Shown: positions 48,809-61,047, numbered from the stretch's first letter. The stretch: DNA of 64,000 nucleotides from Octopus sinensis (GCF_006345805.1 NC_043023.1:5580001-5644000); one strand, 5' to 3'. Notes: a model not told the origin generated them from the sequence alone. Translations and numbers: made by a program.

Positions 48809-49037
48809 GCATGCTCTGCCGCTTTTCACCTCCATGTTAAATGTAGTCTGTGCCTACGACCCTGTTGGGTATGGAGTGCCCTACAACCATCTGATGTTCA
48901 CTGATTCTCGTGAACCACTTGTTGAGATGGCCCTCCAGGTCCTCTGTGTCACCTTGGAGAATGATTCTGACCCCAACAGGAATGTATCAGTGGATGGTAC
49001 CAGTGCTGGGAGTACCGCCATGGAACAAAACACTGAT
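48809..49037 (+). CDS. HID1: HID1 coding exon 8
   Basis: TTTCAG; (R)HALPLFTSMLNVVCAYDPVGYGVPYNHLMFTDSREPLVEMALQVL...EQNTD; GTAAGT. Confidence 0.96.
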
Positions 49038-49136
49038 GTAAGTATTTGCTAATTACTGAGTTAATTTGTATGCACACATATATATGTGTGTGTATATATG
49101 CATATATATATATATATATATCTGTAAAAGTAACAC

Positions 49137-49321
49137 GTGACAATTATTCGGTAGCCATGATAAAACTCTGAGTTTCGGATGTCGGGGCGGAAATCCAAGT
49201 TGCCATCTCTTCAGTTATCCGGCCATCGGTAAAATGCTCTGAAAAGAAGAGATAGCGGTGTGGATTTCCACCCCGGCATCCGAAACTCGGAGTTTTATCA
49301 TGGCTACCGAATAATTGTCAC
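49137..49321. repeat. Fold-back element with about 60-bp arms
   Basis: GTGACAATTATTCGGTAGCCATGATAAAACTC mirrored at 49290-49321. Confidence 0.88.
49159..49219 (-). ncRNA. Type I hammerhead ribozyme candidate, canonical core
   Basis: GAUAA-CUGAAGA-GAUG...CAUCC-GAAA-CU-CAG-AG-UU-UUAUC; 5-bp stem I plus UGGCC/GGCUA extension; GUU triplet. Confidence 0.68.
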
Positions 49322-50206
49322 ATATTATATTTACAGATAAATTTCTCTATTTACATAATATCGAGGTCTCTTTCTTTCTTTTGTTATATTACTGTTTTTA
49401 CCAATATGTATATATATATATAATAGAGAAATTGTACAAAATATATAAGTGGATGATGAGTAAAGCACCGGCACAGTTTCGATTACCTGTTGTTATCTGC
49501 AGATTTATTGCAGGGACTTTGTAATGGCAATTGGGGTAACAGAATTAATAAAGTAGGAGATGGAATATGTAATAGACTTTATTGGGTACAACACATGTTT
49601 CTACCTGTTCTGGGTCTCTTTGGGTACATCAATAAAAAGTCTCACTAGAAATTTCTTGAGTTGGCTTACGTACTGCTATATGTCCATCAAATTTGAGAAT
49701 GAGTAAAAACAGAGAAAAATTATTGAAACACAAGAAATGAACGTGAAAAGTATACAGTTTAGTTTAGAGAAAATGACGTAATGAGCCTTTGCTGTTGTAA
49801 CTGTTAGGAAAAAGAAAAGAAAGTAGAAGTTGAAAGGAAGATAATACTGAGACGAAAATGTTTTTGTGTTCGTGTTTAGGCACACATATACATACACAGA
49901 TACATATATATATATATGCACATATACATATGCACTCACACACATCCAAGTATATGGGCATATACATACAACTAGATACACGCGCAAACACACACATATG
50001 GACGAATATATACATATATATGTATAGGAATTCGCATATGCAGATACACATATATTTTATTTGTTATTTATGTATTGGTTTATGTCTATCATTGTTTGAG
50101 TTGCATAATAGTGGTTTTATCTCTAATTTATATTTTATATATTTATACTGTGAAATTTTTTTGAGCTATACTCCTTAATATTATTATTATTATTTTATTA
50201 ATATAA

Positions 50207-50237
<31 letters not shown>

Positions 50238-50239
50238 AT

Positions 50240-52117
50240 TGATCAATGGAAATTGCAGCTGAGCTACCAGTGCCGGCGGCACGTAAGAGAACCATCAGAA
50301 CGTGGCCGTCGCCAGCGCTGCCCCAGACTGGCCTCGTGCCGGTGGCACGTAAAAAGCACCATCCGTTCGTGGCCATTGCCAGCGCCGCCCAGACTGGCCT
50401 TGTGCCGGTGGCACGTAAAAAGCATCATCCGTTCGTGGCCGTTGCCAGCCTTGCCTGGCCCCTGCGCCGGTGGCACATAAAAAGCACCATCCGTTCGTGG
50501 CCATTGCCAGCCTTGCCTGGCCCCGGTGCTGGTGGCACGTACAAAGCACCATCCATTCGTGGCCTTTGCCAGCCTCGCCTGGCCCCTGTGCTGGTGGCAT
50601 GTAAAAAGCACCATCTGTTTGTGGCCATTGCCAGCCCCGCCTGGCCCCTGTGCCGGTGGCACGTAAAAAGCACCATCTGTTCGTGGCCATTGCCAGCCTC
50701 ACCTGGCCCCTGTGCCGGTGGCACGTAAAAAGCACCATCTGTTCGTGGCCATTGCCAGCCTCGCCTGGTCCCTGTGCCGGTGGCACGTAAAAAGCACCAT
50801 CTGTTTGTGGCCATTGCCAGCCTCGCCTGGCCCCTGTGCCGGTGGCACGTAAAAAGCACCATCTGTTCGTGGCCATTGCCAGCCTTGCCTGGCCCCTGTG
50901 CCCGTGGCACATAAAAAGCACCATCTGTTCGTGGCCATTGCCAGCCTCGCCTGGCCCCTGTGCCGGTGGCACGTAAAACACCATCTGTTCGTGGCCATTG
51001 CCAGCCTCGCCTGGCCCCTGTGCCGTGGCACGTAAAAAGCACCATCTGTTCGTGGCCATTGCCAGCCTCGCCTGGCCCCTGTGCCGGTGGCACGTAAAAA
51101 GCACCATCTGTTCGTGGCCATTGCCAGCCTCGCCTGGACCCTGTGCCGGTGGCACGTAAAAAGCACCATCTGTTCGTGGCCATTGCCAGCCTCGCCTGGC
51201 CCCTGTGCCGGTGGCACGTAAAAAGCACCATCTGTTCGTGGCCATTGCCAGCCATGCCTGGCCCCTGTGCCCGTGGCACGTAAAAAGCACCATCTGTTCG
51301 TGGCCATTGCCAGCCTCGCCTGGCCCCTGTGCCGGTGGCACGTAAAACACCATCTGTTCGTGGCCATTGCCAGCCTCGCCTGGCCCCTGTGCCGGTGGCA
51401 CGTAAAAAGCACCATCTGTTCGTGGCCATTGCCAGCCTCGCCTGGCCCCTGTGCCGGTGGCACGTAAAAAGCACCATCTGTTCGTGGCCATTGCCAGCCT
51501 CGCCTGGACCCTGTGCCGGTGGCACGTAAAAAGCACCATCTGTTCGTGGCCATTGCCAGCCTCGCCTGGCCCCTGTGCCGGTGGCACGTAAAAAGCACCA
51601 TCTGTTCGTGGCCATTGCCAGCCATGCCTGGCCCCTGTGCCGGTGGCACGTAAAAAGCACCATCTGTTCGTGGCCATTGCCAGCCTCGCCTGGCCCCTGT
51701 GCCGGTGGCACGTAAAAAGCACCATCTGTTCGTGGCCATTGCCAGCCTCGCCTGGCCCCTGTGCCGGTGGCACGTAAAAAGCACCATCTGTTCGTGGCCA
51801 TTGCCAGCCTCGCCTGGCCCCTGTGCCGGTGGCACGTAAAAAGCACCATCTGTTCGTGGCCATTGCCAGCCATGCCTGGCCCTTGTGCCGGTGGCACGTA
51901 AAAAGCACCATCCGATCATGGCTGTTTGCCAGACTCGTCTGGCACGTAAAAAGCACCCACTACACTCATGGAGTGGTTGGCGTTAGGAAGGGCATCCAGC
52001 TGTAGAAACATTGGCAGATCAAACTGAGCCTGGTGCAGCCTTCTGGCTTCCCAGACCCCAGTTGAACTGTCCAACCCATGCTAGCATGGAAAGCGGACGC
52101 TAAACGATGATGATGAT
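50240..52117 (+). mobile_element. Family D with about 27 tandem 62-bp units (50290-51960)
   Basis: Unit TGTGCCGGTGGCACGTAAAAAGCACCATCTGTTCGTGGCCATTGCCAGCCTCGCCTGGCCCC. Confidence 0.92.
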
Positions 52118-52183
52118 AGATAGATAGATAAATAAACATACATGTGCACACAAACATATATAAACTGTTCTGTTCTATTTCAG

Positions 52184-52240
52184 GTTGGTGGTCCTGATAA
52201 CCTATTTCTCAACTATTTGTCTCGCATTCACAGAGAAGAG
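52184..52240 (+). CDS. HID1: HID1 coding exon 9
   Basis: TTTCAG; VGGPDNLFLNYLSRIHREE; GTGAGT. Confidence 0.95.
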
Positions 52241-52429
52241 GTGAGTGCTTTGATCATTTATCTCCCCTTTCCTCACTGCTACGAATATAATCTTGTTGTT
52301 GTTTAGCCCTCGGTTATCTCTAGTCCAGCAGGTCTTGATCAAGAATATTCCAGCTGTGACCAGTCTATCCTTTATACAGACATCTAGGATGACACATTAC
52401 CGAGTGTTTAGTATAGTAGTTAATATTAG

Positions 52430-53130
52430 TAGATATAGCTTTTGAAATAAACCACCAATGCTTCAATTAATATTGTAAATAAGGAAGAATTTAGTAAAAT
52501 AGATTTGTCGTTATTAAATGGTGTCTGGAACATAAATCAACACTTTAACCATATTTTGGATGAAATACGTTGCCTTTCTTCCAATTTATATTGTAAATAA
52601 TGAAGAATTTAGTGAAACGGATTTGTCATTATTAAACTGGTGTTTAAAGCTTAAACCAACATGAAATTTTGATGGAAGGTTGTAATTTAAGATCACTTTA
52701 ACCCTTTTGTTACCATACTTCTGTTGAAATACACTTGACTTTGTTTCACTTAATTTTAGAGAATAATGAAGAATTTAAGTAAAATAACTGCCATTTTTAG
52801 GCTGGTGTTTGGATGGTGAAATTTTGATGGAGGGTTTAAATTTAGATCACTTTAACCCTTTTGTTACCATACACATGACTGTTTCAATTAACTTTAGAGA
52901 ATAATGAAGAATTTAGACAAAATACCTGCCATTATTAAGCTGGTGTTTGGAAGATAAATTAGCTTGGAATTTTGGTAGAAGGTTTGAATTTAGATCACTT
53001 TAACCATTTTGTTACCATATTTCTATTGAAAAACACTGACTTTCTTCCAATTAATATTGTAAATAATGAAGAATTTAGTAAAACAGATTTGTCATTATTA
53101 AACTGGTTGTTTGGAATATAAATTTACATG
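52430..53130. repeat. Degenerate tandem array of about 140-160-bp piggyBac-MITE-related units
   Basis: Recurring TTAACCCTTTTGTTACCATA and AATAATGAAGAATTTAG blocks. Confidence 0.65.
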
Positions 53131-53201
53131 GAATTTCGATGGAATATTCCTTGAATATGCTCTGGTGTTTCTAACATTTAATCATTGATATCTGCTTTTA
53201 G

Positions 53202-53342
53202 GATTTCTCTTTCATCCTGAAGGGCCTCACTCGGCTACTGAACAACCCCCTAATGCAGACCTACTTGCCTGGTTCCTGTAAGAAGGTCCACTTCTACCAA
53301 GAAATGTTGGTACTGTTTTGGAAAATGTGTGACATCAATAAG
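53202..53342 (+). CDS. HID1: HID1 coding exon 10
   Basis: TTTTAG; DFSFILKGLTRLLNNPLMQTYLPGSCKKVHFYQEMLVLFWKMCDINK; GTAAGA. Confidence 0.96.
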
Positions 53343-54911
53343 GTAAGAAAGCTGGAGACAAGGTGGGGGTGGGGCAGGGAAGAACCAACAACCCAGCCAG
53401 CTAACTGGCCATCCATGTCCTTTTGTCTGCCATTGAGGGTCTGAAAGACATAAAATCCTTTTAATTGGTGTGATGAGAGAAATATACTGGTAATTGCCTT
53501 CAAATATCTCTCGCACCTTGAGTGTGTGTGTATATATATAGATATATATAGATACATATATCCTGCTGTAGAAAATCTTTCTCAGGGAATTTCACCTCAC
53601 ATGTTCATGCATTAAAACATGGATGTTAAAATGATGATGATGACAGTGGGTGGTGTCTCAAACTGGCTTAATTTTTGAATCAAGAAAGCCAGCCCACTTA
53701 TGCATACCTTTCCTTCTTGGGACATAAAACTCTGCTTGTGAAGACCTGTTGAGGCAAGTGAAATTGAAATCAAAATCGATAAAAATCAATGGAAATTGTA
53801 GTTGTGATACCAGTGCCGGTGGCACGTAAAAGAACCAACCAAACGTGGCTGTTGTCAGCGCCGCCCCAACTGGCCTCCGTGCCGGTGGCACGTAAAAAGC
53901 ACCAACCAATCGTGGCCATTGCCAGCCTCGCCTGGCACCTGTGCCGGTGGCACGTAAAAAGCACCCACTACACTCACGGAGTGGTTGGCGTTAGGAAGGG
54001 CATCCAGCTGTAGAAACATTGCCAGATCAGACTGGGCCTGGTGCAGCCTTCTGGCTTCCCAGACCCCAGTTGAACCGTCCAACCCATGCTAGCATGGAGA
54101 ACGGACGTTAAACGATGATGATGATGATATCTATGCGTGTGTCTCATTGTATCTGTGTTTGTCCTCCCACCATCATGTGACAACTGATGTTGGTGTATTT
54201 ACATTCCTGTAACCTAGCAGCTCAGCAAAAGATACCAATAGAATAAGTATTCAAGAATATTCCAGCTGTGACCAGTTTATCCTTTATACATACATCTGGG
54301 ACTACACATTACCCAGTGTTTAGTAGTTAATATTAGTGGATATAGCTTTTGAAATGCACCACCTGGGATCGATTTCTTTAACTAAAACACCCTTTAAGGG
54401 GGTGCTCCAGTATGGTCACTGTCAAATGATTGAAACAAGTAAAAGAATAATATATTAGGCTGGGTAAAAAGTAAGCAACGTAGCGAAAGAGGTGGTATGG
54501 TGGACCCGTTTGAAAGGGCTAAAGTCAGACACTTTCCTCTTTGGCCAAGGCCTCATCAACTTCCACTTGAAAAGGAAGATGAGAATAGAGAGTGAAGTGC
54601 TGTCTCGTAGCAAATTTATTGAAAGGTGGGTGAATGTCGGGAAAATGGCCAGTATGAAGGGACCAATTCTGAGGTTACACCTGTAAAAAAAGAATATAAA
54701 AGAAGGGGCTTTCTCCCCATTTCACCAGGTTCCCATGGTTTTTATGGGTTTTTCCATGAGTAACCTTTCAAAGCACCTCCCCCTATTGGGAGTTTTACTT
54801 GTTAAATTTCTCTTATCATTTGTTTACATGGACCTTTCTTTTTTGCAAAACCCTTTGTACTTTCCATCCTGTGTTTGCCCTTTCAGGTTTTTGATTTATA
54901 TTAACCTCATA

Positions 54912-55299
54912 GGCATGGGAGTGGCTGTGTGGTAAGTAGCTTCCTTACCAACCACATGGTCCCAGGTTCAGTCCCAGTGCATGGCACCTTGGGCAAGTGT
55001 CTTCTACTATATCCTCAGGTTGACCAAAGCCTTGTGAGTGGATTTGGTAGATGGAAACTGAAAGAAGCCCATCGTATATGTATATGTGTTTGTGTGTCTG
55101 TGTTTGTCCCCCCAGCATCGCTTGACAACCGATGCTGGTGTGTTTACATCCCCGTAACTTAGCGGTTTGGCAAAAGTGACCGATAGAATAAGTACTAGGC
55201 ATACAAAGAATAAGTCCTGGGGTTGATTTGCTTGACTATAAAGACGGTGCTCTAGCATGGCCACAGTCAAATGACTGAAACAAGTAAAATAGTAAAGAG
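54912..55299 (+). mobile_element. SINE family A
   Basis: Full-length copy. Confidence 0.86.
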
Positions 55300-55363
55300 T
55301 TTGTGGCCAGTAAAACAGAATTTATTATTATTATTATTATTATTATTCTTGTTGTTGTTATTA

Positions 55364-55577
55364 AGGTGGCAAGCTGGCAGAATTGCTAGCATGACAGGCA
55401 AAATGCTTAGCGGTATTTTGTCTTCCGCTATGTTCTGAGTTCAAATTCCGCTGAGGTCAACTTTGCCTTTCATCCTTTTGGGGTCGGCAAAATTAGTACC
55501 AGTTACATATTGGGGTGATGTAGTTGAGTTAATCCCTTCCTCCAAAATTTGAGCCCTTGTGCTTCCAGTAGAGAGGA
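55364..55577 (+). mobile_element. SINE family B
   Basis: Same head; followed by an (ATT)n tail. Confidence 0.8.
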
Positions 55578-55612
55578 TTATTATTATTACTACTACTACT
55601 ATTATTATTATT

Positions 55613-56166
55613 GAGTGAGAGAGCAGTTCATGCCATCAAAGTGACACTGGGGTAAAATATACGAAGCCCAATATACCCATCATGACTACCCGTCTGATAA
55701 GGGTACACCAGGCACATGCATCACAACCATATGTGCGCGACATGGTGATCTCATATCAAGATAAACAGCACATGACCTTGCAGGTGGGGCCCAGTTAGAA
55801 TTTTCTTCTGGTCAAGTAACCCATCCCGCTCAAACGGTCCCTGAATAAGAGTTGTTTAAGGATGTTGAAAGAATCACCCATGTTTCTAGAGGTGAATTAT
55901 TCAAACCCCAAAGAATCCCTCTCAACACATGGCTATGATGCTCCCCCACTACTTCTGCTCGTGATCAGAGATGCACATATCGCCAACCACTAAGGGACAT
56001 GCTCAACTGGTTAAGGTCAAACAACTGACAAGCAAATCTGTGGTATTGAGCAGGATATTTGCTGTAGCCCATCTTTTATACCAAGACAAAACATGCACAT
56101 GATAACACTTCCAATGAGTTAAGATCAGAAGCCATGAGAGCCACTGCCTGGTACTGCATCAGGGCA
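55613..56166. mobile_element. Family F inside (TTA)n
   Basis: GAGTGAGAGAGCAG...GTACTGCATCAGGGCA flanked by TTA repeats. Confidence 0.85.
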
Positions 56167-56191
56167 GTTATTATTATTATTATTATTATTA

Positions 56192-56232
<41 letters not shown>

Positions 56233-56498
56233 TTATTATTATTAAGCTGGCATAATTGTTAGCCTGACGGGTAAAATGCTTTGCAGTATTCCATCTGTTT
56301 TTACGTTCTGGGTTCAAATGCCACTCAAGTTCAGTTTGTCTTTCATCCTCTGAGGATTGTTAAAATAAGCAACAGTTAAGTACTGGAGTCTATGTAATCA
56401 ACTTACCCCCTTAGCCCCCCCCCACCTCTCCCAAAATTTCAGGCCTTGTGCCTACAGTCAGAATTATTATTATTATTATTTTTCCTCCTCTTTTGCAG

Positions 56499-56589
56499 AA
56501 ATTCATGTTCTATGTGTTGAAGAGTAGTGATGTTCTTGATGTTCTCGTACCTATTCTATATTTTCTCAATGATGCTAGAGCTGACCAAT
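56499..56589 (+). CDS. HID1: HID1 coding exon 11
   Basis: TTTGCAG; KFMFYVLKSSDVLDVLVPILYFLNDARADQ(S); GTGAGT. Confidence 0.96.
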
Positions 56590-57310
56590 GTGAGTATCAT
56601 ACTCTCTCTCTTTCTCTCTCTCTTCTGCCTCCTCACCCCCTCTTCCCATCTCCAACTTTCTCACCTCTCTTTCCTTCTCTCCTCTTCTCTCCCTCACTCC
56701 CCCGCTCATCAATAATACTCTCTCCCTCCTCACTTCCCCCTCTCTTGCCCCCTCCCCTCTCTTCTCTCTCCTCTTTTCCAACCATTGCCTCCCAATCCCT
56801 CTTCTCCTCTCCCTTCCACCATCTCTCTGCTCCTCTTCCCATCACTCACCCCTCACTCACTTCTCCCACTCCTCTGCCTCTTCCATTCTCATCCCTTACT
56901 GTCTACTCACTCCTCATTTTCCTCTCTCTCCTTCCTTCTTTTGACCCTCTTCTCACCTACCCCTTTCCTCCCCCCTGACATCCTTATAACTGATTCTGTT
57001 TAAACTCCTTACATCCTTCCACCCCCCCTTTCCCCCACTCATCTCTTTCCATATTCCATCTTCCCTTTATTCCTTGCCAGATTATTTAACCCTTCCAGTG
57101 GTCAAAACCATCCACTTCAGGCCCAAATATTTTATATCCAAACTGACCAGCTCAGGCTTCATATACCTACCATAATTGGGAAAATAAACACCCACTTCTC
57201 ATTCACCCTCACTCACCCCTGACTTCTCCCCCACTCCTCAACCCACCCCATACACCCATTTCTCACTCACCCTTCATTAACCTCTCATCCTTTCTCTCCT
57301 CTCTCTACAG
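56590..57310. repeat. CT-rich low-complexity intron
   Basis: Nearly purine-free stretch between HID1 exons 11 and 12. Confidence 0.8.
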
Positions 57311-57462
57311 CTCGTGTTGGTCTCATGCACATCGGCGTCTTCATCCTGCTGTTGCTCAGTGGTGAGCGCAACTTTGGTGTCCGACTCAATAAACCGTACT
57401 CTGTCCGAGTACCGATGGACATTCCTGTATTCACTGGTACTCATGCTGACTTCCTCATCATT
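57311..57462 (+). CDS. HID1: HID1 coding exon 12
   Basis: CTACAG; (S)RVGLMHIGVFILLLLSGERNFGVRLNKPYSVRVPMDIPVFTGTHADFLII; GTAAGT. Confidence 0.96.
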
Positions 57463-57566
57463 GTAAGTTACTCCTTGTCTAACTGTCTGTCTGACTTTCC
57501 ATCTGTCTGTCTTTCTGTCTGACTATCTATCTTTCTCTGTAGCTGTCTATCTGTCTTTGTGTATAT

Positions 57567-57892
57567 GTGAAGGCTCATGGCTCAGTGGTTAGAGTGTCGA
57601 GCTTACGATTGCAAGGTTGTGAGTTTGAATCCCAGACCGGGTTGCGTGTTGTGTTCTTGAGCAAGACACTTTATTTCATGTTGCTCCAGTTCACTCAGCT
57701 GTAGAAATGAGTTGCAACATCACTGGTGCCAAGCTGTATCGGTCATTGTCTTTCCCTTGGTGTGGAAAGGGGAGGCCGGTATGCATGGGCGACTGCTGGT
57801 CTTCCATAAACAACCTTGCCTGGACTCGTGCCTGGGAGGGTAACCTGCTAGGTGCAATCCCATGGTCATTCATGACCGAAGAGGGTCTCAAC
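57567..57892 (+). mobile_element. tRNA-derived SINE family E
   Basis: A box TGGCTCAGTGG 57578-57588, B-box-like GAGTTTGAATCCC 57621-57633. Confidence 0.85.
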
Positions 57893-58489
57893 TTTGTCTT
57901 TGTGTCTATCTATCTGTCTATCCATCCACCCATCCACCCACTCAGTGTCTGCTTAACTCTCATCAATCTGTCAGTCTTTGTGTCTTCTGCACAGGTCTTT
58001 GACCCTGTCTGTCTTTGTGTCTATTGGTCTGCCTGACTTTCCATCTGCTTGTCTTCCTGTCTGTCTATCTATCCATCTGTCCATCTGTTAACTGTCTGCC
58101 TGTCTCTTCTGACTCAGTTTCTCTGTATCTATCCGTCTCTTCACATTGCACCAGTCTCCTCTTCTCTAAATGAACAACAGTGTGACAGAATGGCATCCCT
58201 TCCAGGGGCAGTGTTGTGATCTCTGTCTCTTATAGACCACGGAAGTCATTTCACAGGCCCTACAATTCCTAGGGCCCGAGAGAGTAATATCCAAGGTTGA
58301 TGATAATGGTAATTTTAACCTTTTGACTCCCTCAAATCATCTTTCCCTACCCTCTAATGCAGTGATTTCCACAGCTGGGGGCTTGGGAAAATTATGGTGG
58401 GGTGTGGGATCCAAATTTTTTCTTTTATTTTAGTGGGACATGTAATTGTGAAAATCTCTTTTCCATAGCCAAACATAAAGACTTGCTTT

Positions 58490-58966
58490 CAGTCTTGAAT
58501 AACCTTGGAATTGTACCTACAGTTTGCCTCTCTGAGGCACAAGTCCAGGCATGGTTGTTTATGGAAGACCAGCAGTTGCCCATGCATACCAGCCTCTCCT
58601 CTCCATGCCATTATATGTACATAGGGTAAAGACCCCCTTTGGTCATGAATGACCATGGGATTGCACCTAGAAAGTTCCCCTACAAGACATAAGTCCAGGC
58701 AAGGTTGTTTATGGAAGACCAGCAGTCGCCCAGGCATACTGGCCTCCCCTCCCCATGCCACCAGTGTTATCCAAGGGAAAGGCAAAGGGGCCGATACAGC
58801 TTGGCACCTGTGACGTCACAACTCATTTCTACAGCTGAGTGAACTGGAGCAATGTGAAATGAAGTGTCTTGCTCAAGAACACAACACACAGCCTGGTCCG
58901 GGGATCAAACTCACTACCCCATGATTGTAAACCTGATCATCTAACCACTGAGCCATGTGCCTTCAC
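58490..58966 (-). mobile_element. SINE family E, inverted, with 3' duplication
   Basis: Reverse complement of 57567-57892; ATGGAAGACCAGCAG block is duplicated. Confidence 0.82.
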
Positions 58967-59049
58967 TTCAGCAATCATACTACATATACTAAGCTTAGCC
59001 AAACCAATCCCTGCAACCAAGCATACTGTGTGAAGTATGTTTGTGTATA

Positions 59050-59105
<56 letters not shown>

Positions 59106-59598
59106 TAAATAAAAAGGGTTTTGTACGATTGTGTATAGAGGGATATATATTATTCAAAGAAATTCTATCTCTGTCTGTTTTTTTATGTTTTATTTATATT
59201 CTTTATAATATTAATGTAGAATATAGAATATATAGTATAAAAAGTATATATAGTAAAATGAAATGAAGTATTGATTGTCTTATTGAATAGATGAAATATT
59301 GAATATAGAATACTAAGGGACTACTATACTTTCTTGCATTATAGCAGTCTTCAAGGTCCCAGGTTGTGACAGGAGTGTTTCAGCTGTGGTTGACTGTCTG
59401 TCTTTTGTCCTTTATATACGTTCCTGTGGACAACAGTAGTAGTTGTTTGGCTATTTTTAGAAATGAGGCCAAACCATTTTTCAATGTTTATTTTTAGAAA
59501 TGATGACAGCAGTGCTTTTTAGAGATTTTTTGTGTTTTAGTTATAGGGATAAGATTTTTAAACCCCAAATAAGATTAATTTAATCATTGTTTGTTTAA

Positions 59599-59819
59599 CC
59601 CTTTCGTTACTGTATTTATTTTGAGATGTTCTGTGTTTCTTTCAATTATTTTAAATATAACAAAGAATTTAGTAAAATAACTTGGTTATCATTCACCTAG
59701 TGTTAGGAACATAAATTGTGACTAAGATTTGGTGGAAGATTTTAATTCAAAACTTATGGAAACAAGATATTTGTACTACAGAGCCAGAGCCGGTTTTGAC
59801 TGGGTTGGTAACAAAAGGG
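59599..59819 (-). mobile_element. Solo piggyBac-type MITE
   Basis: Reverse complement of the same family, TTAA flanks. Confidence 0.85.
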
Positions 59820-60445
59820 TTAAGCTTGGGTTTGAATTTCTTAATAAAGTCTTTTTCTCTTAGTTTTCTCTCAATTTCATTCAGGTTGTAAAGTTTATCA
59901 TCATCATCATCGTTTAATGTCCGCTTTCCATGCTAGCATGGGTTGGACGGTTCAACTGGGGTCTGGGGAGCCAGAAGGCTGCACCAGGCTCCAGTCTGAT
60001 CTGGCAGTGTTTCTACAGCTGGATGCCCTTCCTAATGCCAACCACTTCGTGAGTGTAGTGGGTGCTTTTTATGTGCCACCTGCACAGGTGCCAGGCGAGG
60101 CTGGCAACGGCCACAATCGAATGGTGCTTTTTACGTGCCACCAGCACGGAGGCCAGTCAGAGTGGCGCTGGCAACGGCCATGTTTGGATGGTTCTCTTAC
60201 GTGCCACCGGCACTGGTATCACAGCTACAATTTCCATTGATGTTGATTGATTTCGATTTTGATTCTCTTATGAAATGGGAATATCATAAAAGTTTTCCGT
60301 TCACATGTTGCCAGATGGTTACTCAGAGGTATTTGGTGCCAAATACCACTGAGTAACCATATATGGTTATATATATGACCATGTGTGTATCGTTGGTGAT
60401 TTTCTTTCTCCGTCTTCCCTTTCTTGGACCTTTCCTTTTTCTATG

Positions 60446-60478
60446 TTTCTGATGAAGAGCTCCGCTCGAAACGTTAAA
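60446..60478 (+). ncRNA. Minimal hammerhead-like cassette in a Penelope-like terminal remnant (about 60380-60575)
   Basis: UUU-CUGAUGA-A-GAGC-UCC-GCUC-GAAA-CG-UU-AAA; palindromic ACGU stem III; weak stem I. Confidence 0.55.
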
Positions 60479-60568
60479 TCCTCCTTTCTTTCCTTTTCTG
60501 AGCGTCCAATAACACTATTTGTTCCAAATCCTCATGTTGTTGTGTTTTCTCTTTGTTCATGGTTGGAT

Positions 60569-60620
<52 letters not shown>

Positions 60621-60858
60621 CATACATACATATATATATATGTTTTATTTATTTATTAAATTGTTATTATATATATAATACACACACACACACACACATA
60701 CATCTGTGTATCTGTGTTTTTGCCTCATCACCACTCGATAACCATTACTGGTGTGTTTTCAGCAAAAGAGACTGATTGAATAAGTACTGGGCTCAACTAT
60801 TTGACAAAAAAAATCCCTCAAAGTGGTTTCCTAGCATGGCCGCAGAATATATATATAT

Positions 60859-60900
<42 letters not shown>

Positions 60901-61047
60901 TATATACACGTACACATGCATGTTATAGAAACATACATACAATTTTCTGTCAACTGCTTAACTTCTAGAATTATCTCCCCTTATCCTTACACTCTTCTGC
61001 CTATTCTCCTCTATATCTTTATTAATCCTTTACTTGTCTCTTTGCAG

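Noticed and set aside
50295-51956. ORFs of 553, 490 and 406 aa
   Set aside because: By-product of the stop-poor 62-bp tandem repeat read in all frames; the same applies at 7446-8163 and 62132-62962.
50290-51960. CRISPR-like regular array
   Set aside because: No unique spacers, no cas genes, eukaryotic context.
54453-54910. Mariner-like MITE
   Set aside because: TATTAGGCTGG start and AACCTCATA end give only a weak inverted match.
56590-56978. Pro/Ser/Leu-rich extension of HID1 exon 11
   Set aside because: Read-through past a GTGAGT donor into CT-rich intron; the HID1 frame resumes at 57311.
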